DNA of 56,483 nt, taken from positions 1 through 56,483 of IMG/VR virus record IMGVR_UViG_3300034093_004958; one strand, 5' to 3'. Within the stretch, counting starts at the first letter, position 1; each line of letters begins with the position of its first letter. A model generated the notes under the pieces. The model did no database searches, was not told the DNA's origin, and saw only the letters and a list, made by a program, of their open reading frames with translations. The translations under genes and the position numbers were made by a program. Origin of the DNA: a virus (Duplodnaviria; Caudoviricetes). Positions 18,221-28,221 of the stretch are shown here, one piece after another.

Positions 18221-20770
18221 ATGGATTACATCAAAACGTTTGAATCTTTCAATTTTTCAATTGAAAATTTATCAAAACTTAATGAAGCTGAGGTAGATTC
18301 TCTTTTTCAATCTGCTTTTAAAAGTGTTTTAGGTGGAGCTAAGTTAACAGATAAACCTGCCGCTGAAATTAAAAAAGATCTTGAAAGCAAATTAAGCAGT
18401 ATAAAGAATAATTATAAAGATGCATTAAGTAATTATATCAAAGATAAATATGATGCAAAATGGTATTCGTCCATTTTGGATATAGTTGCAGCTCCAAGCT
18501 CAGGATTTATTAGTGTAACAGGTGCAAAAACAGAAGATACAAGTTCAGTAAAAGCAAGAGAAGATGCGAAATCTAAATTTGAACAACAACCTAACGGAAA
18601 AAGTTTAGTAGAAGAAAGTCCATTAGTTGCAGCATTGATAAAGAATGTTGTGTTAGTTGCTTTACCAGATGGATTAGAGCTAAAAGAGGGAATGAATACA
18701 AAAAATATATCTCCAAATACTAAAAGCTTGACTGAAATGTTATATGAAACATCTTTAGATCATGCAACTAAATTGTTTGAATCTGCAACATCGGGATTAG
18801 AAAGTTTATCAGATATTAGCTTTGAATTTGAAACAGTTGGGGATAAAATTAAAAAAAATGATGATAATTTAAAGAAATATAGAGGCGAACTTAAAGATTT
18901 AGCTAATTCTAATGATGCAAAAGATTGGAATAAAATGATTGAAATGTATTGTATTATAAATACATTGAGAGCTCAGCAGTGTGCCTTGATGGCCGCTCAA
19001 GCTGAATATGAGTTTCTATCTGGTTCTTTTAAGAAAACCTTTTTAGGGGATGTTGAAGGATACGCACAAGCACTATTTGAAATCGCATTCTTTTTATTAT
19101 CTTCACTTGTTGTATCAAAAGCTATTAATGCTCTTGGACAAACATCTTTTATTCAAACTCTTAAAGAAACAGTTTCTAGTGCAGCTCCTACTATAATTCC
19201 TGGATTTCAAAGTGCTATGAACAAAATTATGACTGAAGTTGTAAACCCTGCTTCTAAAAATCCTCTTTTTATGGCTGCTGTACTAGGTGCATACACAATT
19301 ATAAGAGGTGGTCAAATTGCAAAAGAATTAGCTTTTGAACAAAGTGAGCAATATTTACTATTAGCACTTGAGCAATTCATTCCAACAATTAGTGCTGTAA
19401 ACGTTTCTTTGGCTACATGCTATAATTCATTTACGTCTATTTCTGATGTTATGAACAGTAAAAGTTGGAGTCCTAAAAATATATGGAAAGAAGCACTAGA
19501 TGGAAATCTTGATGAAAAAGAGGCTTATACTAAGAGACAATTAGAAAAAATAACTTCTGAACTTTATAATTTAACTTTAGCTGAAATTAGATCCGAAAAT
19601 AGTCCTCTTATTAAAGCTGTAAATTCTATGGAAGTAAATACTCAAATACGTTCATCTTTAACTCCAGATATTATATTTAATAGTCCTATCAGAGGTGCAA
19701 CAGGCTTATATACTTTTATGGGTAAATTAGGTTTAGCTGGAGATTGGATGAAACGTATTGAAGATATATTTGATACTATTGAAAAACCTATGATAGAAAA
19801 ATTAGAAGATCTATTTATAAGTGATGATGTGTATACTAAATTTATAAATAAAGAAAATCCAACACATGCAGCTTTGGGTGGATTAATTTTTATTGCACAA
19901 TCTAATGTGATAATAAAAAATCCAACATTGTTTATGAAGATTCTTGATTATGAACCTGAATTTCCAGATATTAAATTTCTGCGAGCATCTTTTAAAGCAA
20001 GTGTTGAACCTCTTGAAATTAGACCATTTCCTACATTAGTTGATTTTTCTGAACCTGAAGTTGAATCATGTGGAGTATTTGTAAGTATTGTAGATAATAA
20101 AGACAATATTTATAAATCAAGAATTGGTATGCTATATTTCGAAAAGGGATTAGCTACATTAGCTTCAGAAAAAGGTATTACGGGTATTGATGGATTCTCT
20201 CAACTTCTACAAGATTATAAATTTAATTTTGTTGTTGTTGGAAATGCTGATGTTTCAGGACCACAAGAGCAAAAACGTCAGGGAGGATTTATAGGTAATA
20301 GATTACTTTCAGAACTAAGAGCAAATACATTTGTATCTTCTGTTAAGAAATCAGGAGATGAAAAAATTTCAGCTTTAGGTTGTGGTAAGATGTATGCAAG
20401 GAACTATCCAGATTACATAAAAAAAGATTTTTCTACAAGTAAAATAGCTGAGTTATTAGGTGTGTCTAAAACTGATGATAGTTTTAGAAAAAATATGGCA
20501 AATGATAGAAGAATAGAAGTTATCATTTTCCCAGAAAATGTAGATTTTCAATATTTTGCAAATAATGATCCTTTAATTGAAAAAGTTTGTAAAAAACCAT
20601 TTTCTGAAACCGATGATGATAAACTTATTAGAATGAGAGGTGGAAAATGGTTTATTGATAAATCTGCTGAATCTAAATATAGTTTATTCTTTCCTAAAAG
20701 AGGAGAAAAGGCAACAAATGAAAGTAATAGAACGTATGTAATGTCTTTTGATTATTTTTTGAATTCTTAA
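18221..20770 (+). CDS. large tagged protein with hydrophobic helices and C-terminal OmpA/MotB-like domain
   Basis: Tag MDYIKTFESF...LNE; VVGNADVSG...NRLLSELRA...ALGCGK...NDRRIEV matches the OmpA_C-like signature. Confidence 0.65.
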   Translation: MDYIKTFESFNFSIENLSKLNEAEVDSLFQSAFKSVLGGAKLTDKPAAEIKKDLESKLSSIKNNYKDALSNYIKDKYDAKWYSSILDIVAAPSSGFISVTGAKTEDTSSVKAREDAKSKFEQQPNGKSLVEESPLVAALIKNVVLVALPDGLELKEGMNTKNISPNTKSLTEMLYETSLDHATKLFESATSGLESLSDISFEFETVGDKIKKNDDNLKKYRGELKDLANSNDAKDWNKMIEMYCIINTLRAQQCALMAAQAEYEFLSGSFKKTFLGDVEGYAQALFEIAFFLLSSLVVSKAINALGQTSFIQTLKETVSSAAPTIIPGFQSAMNKIMTEVVNPASKNPLFMAAVLGAYTIIRGGQIAKELAFEQSEQYLLLALEQFIPTISAVNVSLATCYNSFTSISDVMNSKSWSPKNIWKEALDGNLDEKEAYTKRQLEKITSELYNLTLAEIRSENSPLIKAVNSMEVNTQIRSSLTPDIIFNSPIRGATGLYTFMGKLGLAGDWMKRIEDIFDTIEKPMIEKLEDLFISDDVYTKFINKENPTHAALGGLIFIAQSNVIIKNPTLFMKILDYEPEFPDIKFLRASFKASVEPLEIRPFPTLVDFSEPEVESCGVFVSIVDNKDNIYKSRIGMLYFEKGLATLASEKGITGIDGFSQLLQDYKFNFVVVGNADVSGPQEQKRQGGFIGNRLLSELRANTFVSSVKKSGDEKISALGCGKMYARNYPDYIKKDFSTSKIAELLGVSKTDDSFRKNMANDRRIEVIIFPENVDFQYFANNDPLIEKVCKKPFSETDDDKLIRMRGGKWFIDKSAESKYSLFFPKRGEKATNESNRTYVMSFDYFLNS

Positions 20771-20785
20771 GATAAACTAACTTTA

Positions 20786-20812
20786 TAAAAAGGGGGCATA
20801 AGCCCCCTTTTT
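20786..20812 (+). terminator. intrinsic terminator
   Basis: aaaaagggggc-ataa-gcccccttttt. Confidence 0.8.
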
Positions 20813-20827
20813 TATTTTTAAAATAAA

Positions 20828-20858
20828 TTTGTAAATTCAAACTTTTTTATTACATTTG
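20828..20858 (+). promoter_or_regulatory. Bacteroidota sigma-A type promoter
   Basis: TTTG-N19-TACATTTG upstream of 20900. Confidence 0.65.
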
Positions 20859-20899
20859 TACCAGATATTATTTTTATTATCATTGTAACGGATGTATGT

Positions 20900-21490
20900 A
20901 TGAAATATATTTTTGTCTTACTTATGCTACTTTCAATAGAAAGATCCAATGCTCAAGACTCTTTATCGACTATATTTATCAAACTTTATAACGAATATAG
21001 AATTCAAAATAATCTCTCCACACTTGTATATGACGTGGAATTAGATTCTTTGGCTATGATTAGACTTATCGAATCATCAACTGGTGTAGATGATTGTTTT
21101 TCTGATCCTATTCTTGGTATGAAATGCGAAAATGAAAATAAAAATCTACATTTTAGATTCAAATCTAATAAGTCAGATTTCAATAATAAAAATCTCAACA
21201 TAATGGTACTTTCTGAAAATATGAATGTATATCCAGGATTTACTATCTATAAAAAAGATGTTTCAGTTTTGAAAAATGTAAATGATTCAGATTATATTAT
21301 AACTAATAATGATTCTATTCCTTTAGAAGTAGTACAAGGTTTTCTTGAAAGCTGGATTGGAAGCCATAATCACAATTTGAATCTTCTAGATAAAAATGCA
21401 ACACGTTTTGCATTTAAGATTTTCACTACTATGCATAATAATTATTCATGGATACATGCTTGTTTTCTTATAGGTCAAGATAAAAAATAA
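20900..21490 (+). CDS. secreted CAP (SCP-like) domain protein
   Basis: Signal peptide; NEYR...L..L.YD..L...A; EN; WIGSHNHNLNLL. Confidence 0.75.
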   Translation: MKYIFVLLMLLSIERSNAQDSLSTIFIKLYNEYRIQNNLSTLVYDVELDSLAMIRLIESSTGVDDCFSDPILGMKCENENKNLHFRFKSNKSDFNNKNLNIMVLSENMNVYPGFTIYKKDVSVLKNVNDSDYIITNNDSIPLEVVQGFLESWIGSHNHNLNLLDKNATRFAFKIFTTMHNNYSWIHACFLIGQDKK

Positions 21491-21491
21491 T

Positions 21492-21863
21492 TTAAAAATA
21501 GAATATTATAGAAAATCTTATACCATTCAAAGTTAGATTAGATATTGTTGTATTAATAAGTAAAGAAAAATCTATTATTTCATTATTATTCAAATCATAA
21601 TTATAATCCAATCCCACTCCATAATTAAAAACTGATTCAGTGCCATATGTACTATCACGTTGAACTTTTTTTATATTTAGAAGTGTAAAACTAAAATCAA
21701 AAAATGTAGTTTGTTTTTCATCTGCCTGTTCAGGATAAAATTTTAAATATGTTTTTTCAATAATTGGTTTTTTACTTACTGAATCAGAATTTATAAAATA
21801 ATACTGAGATGAGCTATAATTTTGAGGAAGTAATAATAGTATTAAAATTAATAAATAACGCAT
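21492..21863 (-). CDS. putative small outer-membrane/secreted protein
   Basis: Signal peptide, amphipathic beta-strands, terminal Phe. Confidence 0.5.
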   Translation of the reverse strand: MRYLLILILLLLPQNYSSSQYYFINSDSVSKKPIIEKTYLKFYPEQADEKQTTFFDFSFTLLNIKKVQRDSTYGTESVFNYGVGLDYNYDLNNNEIIDFSLLINTTISNLTLNGIRFSIIFYF

Positions 21864-21904
21864 TTTTTAAGTTATTTTAGAAAGATATATATTTCATAAT
21901 AAAC

Positions 21905-21934
21905 AAAAAACCCCAATCTTTTGATTGGGGTTTC
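21905..21934 (-). terminator. intrinsic terminator
   Basis: aaaaaaccccaatc-tttt-gattggggttt. Confidence 0.75.
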
Positions 21935-21956
21935 TTATTATTAGTATCGAGGATAA

Positions 21957-23180
21957 TTATTGAACTACTATCCAATTTAAACCATTATACCAAAGAGTCC
22001 TAGACTGTCCTGCTGGGATTGTAATATTGAAAGAAGGATCTAGATTCCATATTGTTTTATCTAATGTAAGTGTATTTGCAGTTGCTCCATTTTGAATGGT
22101 AATAAGTTGTTGATTCTGTGGACTCCACACTGTATTTAATATGTAATCAACAGCAACACGTGAAACGAAATATCGTGTTGTATTAGAAATTGATCCAGGA
22201 GCAGATAATACAATCGTTACATTTGATGTTTTATGATGTGGATTCATCTGCCATGAAAGTCCATTGATACCACGAGTTAGTACTGTACCTACAAATGCAT
22301 TCTCTGCACCTTCTATTGCTAAAAGATTTACAGATCCATTTTTAATATGTCGTGCTAAAACGACTGAATCTTGAAGATTGCTTGCAATCGTTGAAGTTGC
22401 TGAATGACCAGAATTATTTGAATATAAAGCTGTATCTGCATATACAGAATGATATGAACTTGTAGAGTAAATAGCTGAATCAGAATGATAAGAATGTCCT
22501 GAGTTTAAGGCATAAAATGAAGTATCTGCAATATCTGATTTTCCAGCACTAGCAGCATATCCTGCAACCTTCGAATAAATAGCAAGTAGAGCAACATCAG
22601 ATGTATCTGCATATGATGAGTGCATAGAATGCTTAGAATTTACAGATGAATCTGCAATTAAGCTGCGAACTGAACGAGCTGATTTAACAGAAGAATCTGC
22701 TACATTAGAAACTAAACTTCTTAATGATAAAACAGACGTATCAGCTACACCTGCTCTTCTAGCTAATCCAGCTTTTTCCGCATTTAAAGCATTAGTTGCA
22801 AGTTCTGATTTTGCACTGAATCTTGAAGAGACAGCATAAGGAACTTTATGTAAAGCAAGTTTACCAAGATTAACATCATTAAGATAGGCGTAAACAAAAA
22901 TATTACCTTGATTTTTCATGAGAATAGAATCTGGAATATTTTCTAATAGTACATTAATCATACCACTATTGACTTCCACTTTCATTCCTTCTACATACCA
23001 AAAAGCTGACGTATTGATATGTGAATTCTCATTAAAATTATTATCAGCCAAATATGCTGAAAATGATCCTTCTGTACCAATTGCACTAGTTGGAATATGT
23101 GCTTGGTATTGTAAATTTGTTGTTTGTGCAGACAAATTAACTGCAATTAAAGCAAATATTGCTATTAATAGGTTTTTCAT
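21957..23180 (-). CDS. secreted protein with Ser/Ala-rich fibre-like repeats
   Basis: Signal peptide-Q, LQYQA, VPYA, repeated ADT/ADSS units resembling Bacteroidota fibrous surface proteins. Confidence 0.65.
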   Translation of the reverse strand: MKNLLIAIFALIAVNLSAQTTNLQYQAHIPTSAIGTEGSFSAYLADNNFNENSHINTSAFWYVEGMKVEVNSGMINVLLENIPDSILMKNQGNIFVYAYLNDVNLGKLALHKVPYAVSSRFSAKSELATNALNAEKAGLARRAGVADTSVLSLRSLVSNVADSSVKSARSVRSLIADSSVNSKHSMHSSYADTSDVALLAIYSKVAGYAASAGKSDIADTSFYALNSGHSYHSDSAIYSTSSYHSVYADTALYSNNSGHSATSTIASNLQDSVVLARHIKNGSVNLLAIEGAENAFVGTVLTRGINGLSWQMNPHHKTSNVTIVLSAPGSISNTTRYFVSRVAVDYILNTVWSPQNQQLITIQNGATANTLTLDKTIWNLDPSFNITIPAGQSRTLWYNGLNWIVVQ

Positions 23181-23195
23181 GTATTCCTCTTATTA

Positions 23196-23651
23196 TTAAT
23201 TATAAATTACTCTTGATGAGTATGTTTGATTTAAAGGTGTTGTAAATTTAATAAAAAATACACCTCTATATGGGAGTGTAATTATTTGGCTTTGTAGATC
23301 AACAGCGTTCTCTACTATTTTCCCATACAAATCAGTAATAATAACATTTTTCACATCATTCATGTTATAAAATACATGTTCCTGACTTGTAGGATTGGGA
23401 TACACATTTACTCCCAAAAATTCAACTATGCCTCCATCTACTGATGTAGTAAGTTGTCTTGGTATTCTTATACCAATATGAGCGTGGCTATATAGGATTG
23501 AACCATTAACCCTTTTATAACCAGCTATTACCTGACCCAGTGTGGCATTTTTATTACCACCCGTAACAATCTTTTTGAATAGATTGTTACTCTCATTTCC
23601 CTTTGTTACGGTAATAGAATAACAAAGGAGAAATACAAGGATATACCTCAT
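23196..23651 (-). CDS. T9SS (Por) type A C-terminal sorting domain protein
   Basis: Signal peptide; TTSV...VYPNPT...ITDLYGK.V...GVFFIK...RVI. Confidence 0.75.
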   Translation of the reverse strand: MRYILVFLLCYSITVTKGNESNNLFKKIVTGGNKNATLGQVIAGYKRVNGSILYSHAHIGIRIPRQLTTSVDGGIVEFLGVNVYPNPTSQEHVFYNMNDVKNVIITDLYGKIVENAVDLQSQIITLPYRGVFFIKFTTPLNQTYSSRVIYN

Positions 23652-23781
23652 TTAAAAACTCCATTAAAATTTAAAAAGTAAAACTACTAGTTTCACATTC
23701 TCATTATATTAGAATTTAGTAATATGTTTAATTTGATAATTAGATAATAAAAGATATATATTCTTTAAATGATCTTTCGTT

Positions 23782-24180
23782 ATGGATATTACTACTAGAA
23801 AATTTATATTTACACTTCCTACGTTGATAGGTATTTTATCTGCTGTTTCAACAATAATTGGTGGATATTGGTATTTTAAAAATACCTTAGAATCAACAAA
23901 ATCTAATATATCTTTAGCAAATGAAAATTATAAAAAAATGAATGTAGAAATTCAAATACTTAGAGAACAATTATACGATATGGCACTATCATATAATAAA
24001 AATGTACACTTAGAAAACGAAATACATTCTAATTATAAAAGAGGAAGACGACATTTTACTAATGAATCTGATTCACATCAAACAAATTCAAATGAACTTG
24101 TCACGAAGAATAACAAAAGAGATACTATAAACCTGAGTCATATAAAAAGTAAAAGTCATATGTTAAAATCATCACAATAA
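23782..24180 (+). CDS. membrane-anchored coiled-coil protein
   Basis: N-terminal TM helix and coiled coil; GATATATA at 23753. Confidence 0.6.
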   Translation: MDITTRKFIFTLPTLIGILSAVSTIIGGYWYFKNTLESTKSNISLANENYKKMNVEIQILREQLYDMALSYNKNVHLENEIHSNYKRGRRHFTNESDSHQTNSNELVTKNNKRDTINLSHIKSKSHMLKSSQ

Positions 24181-24260
24181 AATATTTTTTAAAAATGTTT
24201 CATATGTGTAAACTTTATAATCCTTTTTTCTATAATGAGAAGTATAATTAGGAGATAATA

Positions 24261-24443
24261 ATGCATATTTATTTAGTAAGAAAAAAAAGAAAACTAAACG
24301 TAAAGCGTAGCTATATTACCATATATGGAATGTTTACAACTAAAGTAAAAGCTCAGAATTGGATCAATAATCAATTCATACCTGGACATTTTATAATTGA
24401 TGAGGTTTTGACTGATGCTGAAGTACATATGGAAATTTGGTAA
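24261..24443 (+). CDS. hypothetical protein
   Basis: AGGAG RBS, 60 aa. Confidence 0.55.
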   Translation: MHIYLVRKKRKLNVKRSYITIYGMFTTKVKAQNWINNQFIPGHFIIDEVLTDAEVHMEIW

Positions 24444-24484
24444 TTCTAAACTGTTTTCCTCAAATTATTATAATATTTAAAATC

Positions 24485-24778
24485 ATGTACAACCCAGAGA
24501 TATTCTTTGTCACTTTTATACCAGAAACTAATTCCTTTTTAGCTCATGCTCGTAAAATATTACAAAATAATTTGGTGTATGTAGCAGAAAGATTAGAGAT
24601 AGATTCAATGATTTTATATCCTGAAAGAAATAATGTAAATATTGCTAGTGAATACAAGCCTTACTTAGAAGAAGCTATTGAAAAAGTTGTTCTAAACCAT
24701 GAGTTACATGTTTTCATTAATGAACTTATTGAGATTTGCAATAAATACCCTGAAAGCTTAGTAAGGGTAGCGGAGTAA
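24485..24778 (+). CDS. hypothetical protein
   Basis: ORF; ATG at 24485 preferred over the track start. Confidence 0.55.
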   Translation: MYNPEIFFVTFIPETNSFLAHARKILQNNLVYVAERLEIDSMILYPERNNVNIASEYKPYLEEAIEKVVLNHELHVFINELIEICNKYPESLVRVAE

Positions 24779-24893
24779 CTTTAGGTGGTGCTAAACACCT
24801 AAATCAATTCTAAAGGATTATGCTAAACTCCAAATAAAATTTCCTTTAGAAATAAAGAAGCCAAAGCCATAAAACTTTGGTTTTTTTATTTAT

Positions 24894-25123
24894 AGAACAG
24901 AGCGTAAAACCCATCGGTCTTTAGCCGATGGGATGCAAGCGACTAAACCTAAAAAAACGTTCTTTCTATTTAAAAAAGTTTGATATATACATTATATGTC
25001 TGAAGATATATCTGGGCAGGGACTGTCCAGTACACGGGTGGAGACTTTAATAAGACTTTGATAGCAAAGCATAAGTCAGCGAAGCCCGAAGCTCATTTTA
25101 GCTTTAGCAAATGGGTAGTTCAC
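24894..25123 (+). mobile_element. non-autonomous IS200/IS605-family relic with tnpB deleted and omega-RNA end retained
   Basis: TTTAT left flank; left-end hairpin cccatcgg-tctttag-ccgatggg (24910-24932); right end gaagcccgaagctc...tttagc...tgggtagttcac; mini-ORF ending in TnpB-tail-like GQGLSSTRVE. Confidence 0.75.
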
Positions 25124-25137
25124 GATATATATACATA

Positions 25138-25201
25138 TATAATCAAGAAGCCTTAATTTTTTTGCTTAATTTTTTTTGATTCACAAGGCTTCTTGATTAT
25201 A
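25138..25201. repeat. 17-bp inverted repeat
   Basis: tataatcaagaagcctt (25138-25154) and aaggcttcttgattata (25185-25201). Confidence 0.85.
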
Positions 25202-25215
25202 CTTTTAATAATTCT

Positions 25216-25557
25216 ATGAGATATAAACATATAAAACAATATTCTGATTTTTTTGTAAAAAATCATCAAGAGAAAACTGAAACTCTTAAAAATCCAAAAA
25301 GTTTCAGAGAATTAAATTATTTTGGTACTTTTAGATGGGAAGCTTGTAGAAGTTATAATCTAGATACATTTTACCAAAGAATTATAAATGGAGATTTCTT
25401 TATAATATTAAATCTAAGAAATCATCCAATATGTTTGATAGATATAGTCACTAAGATTATAATTGATTTTGATAATAAAGAATATAAAAATTTAGATTAT
25501 TATAATTATTTAAAAAAGTATCCAGAAATTTATAAGTATCTTATATCATTGGACTGA
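25216..25557 (+). CDS. hypothetical protein with tag-like N-terminus
   Basis: MRYKHIKQYSDFF; possible degenerate WCT-type domain. Confidence 0.55.
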   Translation: MRYKHIKQYSDFFVKNHQEKTETLKNPKSFRELNYFGTFRWEACRSYNLDTFYQRIINGDFFIILNLRNHPICLIDIVTKIIIDFDNKEYKNLDYYNYLKKYPEIYKYLISLD

Positions 25558-25700
25558 AAAATATCTATTGTTTCATTTTCATCATAAGCTCTATAATATC
25601 TAATTAGACTCATCTCAGAATTATAAAAATCCTTAATGCCGTGAGAGATTAACATTATTTGATACAATGTATTTTTCATAAAATATAGTTTATTAATTTA

Positions 25701-26642
25701 TTACCATGTTAAAATGGTTGGTATTGCTCTTGAAGTAGAAATAAGAGCTTCTCCATTTCTTACAAAAAGTGAAGATCCACCGCCATCTAGATTTATAGCA
25801 TGATGTGCTCCTGCACTTTGTAGTTTATTTGCAAACCCTATTATGTCACTACTAGGTGTGACCATAACTATAATTTCATTAGTAGATGTAATTCCTATTG
25901 CTGTTCTCGGTCTAAATGAAGCATCTTTTGGACCTTGTTTTTTTATATTAACAAAGCCTTCCTTTACTAAATAATGACTACCCGAAAACGCTTCGACTGG
26001 ATTTGGTATTTCATTAATATTACCAATAATTTTTATATCGGGTTTAGTAACCATTAAAGGCCACCATTTACCTAAAGTATCAAGTTTTGCTCCATAGTTT
26101 ATACTATTCGAAAAAAAATTTGCGGTAGGGCTACCATTTGATTCAAAAAAAGTTAGATTTATAAAATTCTTATATCCCTTTTGAATCCATTCTTGTATTG
26201 TTAATCTTTTAAAATCAGAATCAAAAACAACTTTAATTGCAGATGGGTCTATAATTTCAATTCTATCACTACCATTGTCTTTTACGATAGATAATTTTTG
26301 CTCTACTCCATATGCTATAGTATCTTTCTTAATTTCTTTACTAGGGAGTAGATAACTTAAATTAATTGACGCTAAGGTATAGCTATCTATAAGTCCAGTA
26401 GGACTTAAACCTTTAAATTGTTGTAATTTAACTAATGAATCTTTTGATTCTAATCCAAATTTTCCATCGACAGCCGTTTTTCCATTTTGTCGAATTTGAT
26501 TCATATACCCATTATTAACTAGATACGTTTGAACCTCAATGATATTACTTTCAGAAAATCCTTGGTTATCATAAGAACTTTCATTTAAAGTAACCCATTC
26601 TAACCAGGATTCAAATAATAATATATTGTTGTTTTTGTTCAT
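25701..26642 (-). CDS. peptidoglycan-binding domain plus phosphodiester glycosidase (NAGPA/DUF2233) protein
   Basis: VQTYL..GY...VDGKFG.ES...L..LQ...GL.PTG (PG_binding_1); RPRTAIG and AINLDGGGSS. Confidence 0.85.
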   Translation of the reverse strand: MNKNNNILLFESWLEWVTLNESSYDNQGFSESNIIEVQTYLVNNGYMNQIRQNGKTAVDGKFGLESKDSLVKLQQFKGLSPTGLIDSYTLASINLSYLLPSKEIKKDTIAYGVEQKLSIVKDNGSDRIEIIDPSAIKVVFDSDFKRLTIQEWIQKGYKNFINLTFFESNGSPTANFFSNSINYGAKLDTLGKWWPLMVTKPDIKIIGNINEIPNPVEAFSGSHYLVKEGFVNIKKQGPKDASFRPRTAIGITSTNEIIVMVTPSSDIIGFANKLQSAGAHHAINLDGGGSSLFVRNGEALISTSRAIPTILTW

Positions 26643-26799
26643 AATGCTTTTTAAAATATTTGATATATACTGAAAATTTTTAAATCTTTATGGAAGACAC
26701 AATTGCACTTGAAATCCATGAAACATCAGTTTCAGTAATACTATCTAATTTAACCGATGAAGAATTTGATTCATTTAGTGATTGTATAATCTTCTAAAT

Positions 26800-28128
26800 T
26801 TATTCTTCATCATTAAACATAGAGATTTGACTTGGATGATAGAATGGCTTCGTATCACTTTCACCTTCTTCCCATTCACCTAAGTCATTTATTACTAGTC
26901 CTTCTATCTTTACATGTTTTCTTATTTCTTCAGCAGTCATTCTAATCATAGAATTACGACTATTTGATAATGGAGTTCCTTTATAATTAAAATTACCTTC
27001 AACTGTTAAAGGTGCTCCTTCAATAGATATAAGTTTTTTATTATTACTTACATCATATTCACTTCCTATAGTCTTGGGACTTCCATGAAGATTTTCTATA
27101 TCTGTATTAGTAAAAGTAAAATTATAACCAACTTCTTCTGGAAGTCTACAATATACCATAGAAGTTATATCATAATTCTTCTCATTTTCAAAAACTAAAT
27201 CACCATAAATTTTTCTAAAAGAACCTAAATACCCTTCCGAAGGATCAGTATAAGTAGGTATATAAACATCTCCATCATAATCTATCGAACCGTCTTCATT
27301 TTCTTCTGCTTTTGCTGGATCAAGTTCTAAACTTTGTAAATCATACCACCAAGATGGTTTTTCTATTTCGTTCCATTCAAATGCATCTGCTTCCAAACCT
27401 GTGATTTCTTCTACAACTTCAAAAGATATTGAATCGTCATTCTTATTAAAGCATTCCATATGATCTCCATATGGATATACAGCTACTGCCATTTTTGTAT
27501 ACAAACCTAAGTCATATTCATCAGGCATTTCTCCATATACACTATAATACCAATCTTCAATCAAGGATATATTTTTAACCATAATATAAAAAAGATTGAT
27601 TTCCTTATTAAGTGTATAATCTTTCCAATAAGTATCACTACTACTTGTTGTACACCATTTCGTATCATTCCCCCATTCTCGACTTGCTTCATGTGACTGA
27701 GGAACAACTACTAGTAAATCTTTATTATCCTTAATCACGATAAAATCTCCACTTTTAAGGTCAGTTGCTTCTTTTTCTACTTCTTCAATTTCAGCATCTT
27801 CTACTGCATTTCTCAAAGACTTATAATTTTTAAAATAATTTATGTCTGTTTTTGCGATTTTATTTCTATTAACAAGTGTATCAAAACGCTTAATTGTAAC
27901 CCCTATTTGTTGTATGGATTCTTCATCTTCATGCTTTCCCTTCAAATAAAAATCAAGGATTTTTTCAATGTATTTCTTATTTGTAGATAAATCGAAACCC
28001 AAAGCTTCTTCAAATTCTTTTTCAGTTACCTTTTCGGTATCTAAAAATCTGGTTCTAGCTGTTGAAAGTGATTCATTAATAAAAGAATTAATATTCTTCC
28101 ATTCTTCATATAATTTCAAAAATCTCAT
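26800..28128 (-). CDS. tagged protein with 'WCT' domain and C-terminal LRR-like repeats
   Basis: MRFLKLYEEW...INE; PQSHEASREWG.DTKWCTTS; L.GSPKTIG and IEGAPLTVEGNF repeats. Confidence 0.7.
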   Translation of the reverse strand: MRFLKLYEEWKNINSFINESLSTARTRFLDTEKVTEKEFEEALGFDLSTNKKYIEKILDFYLKGKHEDEESIQQIGVTIKRFDTLVNRNKIAKTDINYFKNYKSLRNAVEDAEIEEVEKEATDLKSGDFIVIKDNKDLLVVVPQSHEASREWGNDTKWCTTSSSDTYWKDYTLNKEINLFYIMVKNISLIEDWYYSVYGEMPDEYDLGLYTKMAVAVYPYGDHMECFNKNDDSISFEVVEEITGLEADAFEWNEIEKPSWWYDLQSLELDPAKAEENEDGSIDYDGDVYIPTYTDPSEGYLGSFRKIYGDLVFENEKNYDITSMVYCRLPEEVGYNFTFTNTDIENLHGSPKTIGSEYDVSNNKKLISIEGAPLTVEGNFNYKGTPLSNSRNSMIRMTAEEIRKHVKIEGLVINDLGEWEEGESDTKPFYHPSQISMFNDEE

Positions 28129-28221
28129 ATCATTTGGCCTTTTATATTCAATCTATATATATCAAATACATTTTAGGAATTATTTTTATTACTTTTATAA
28201 ATATATAGAATAAAAAGGACT

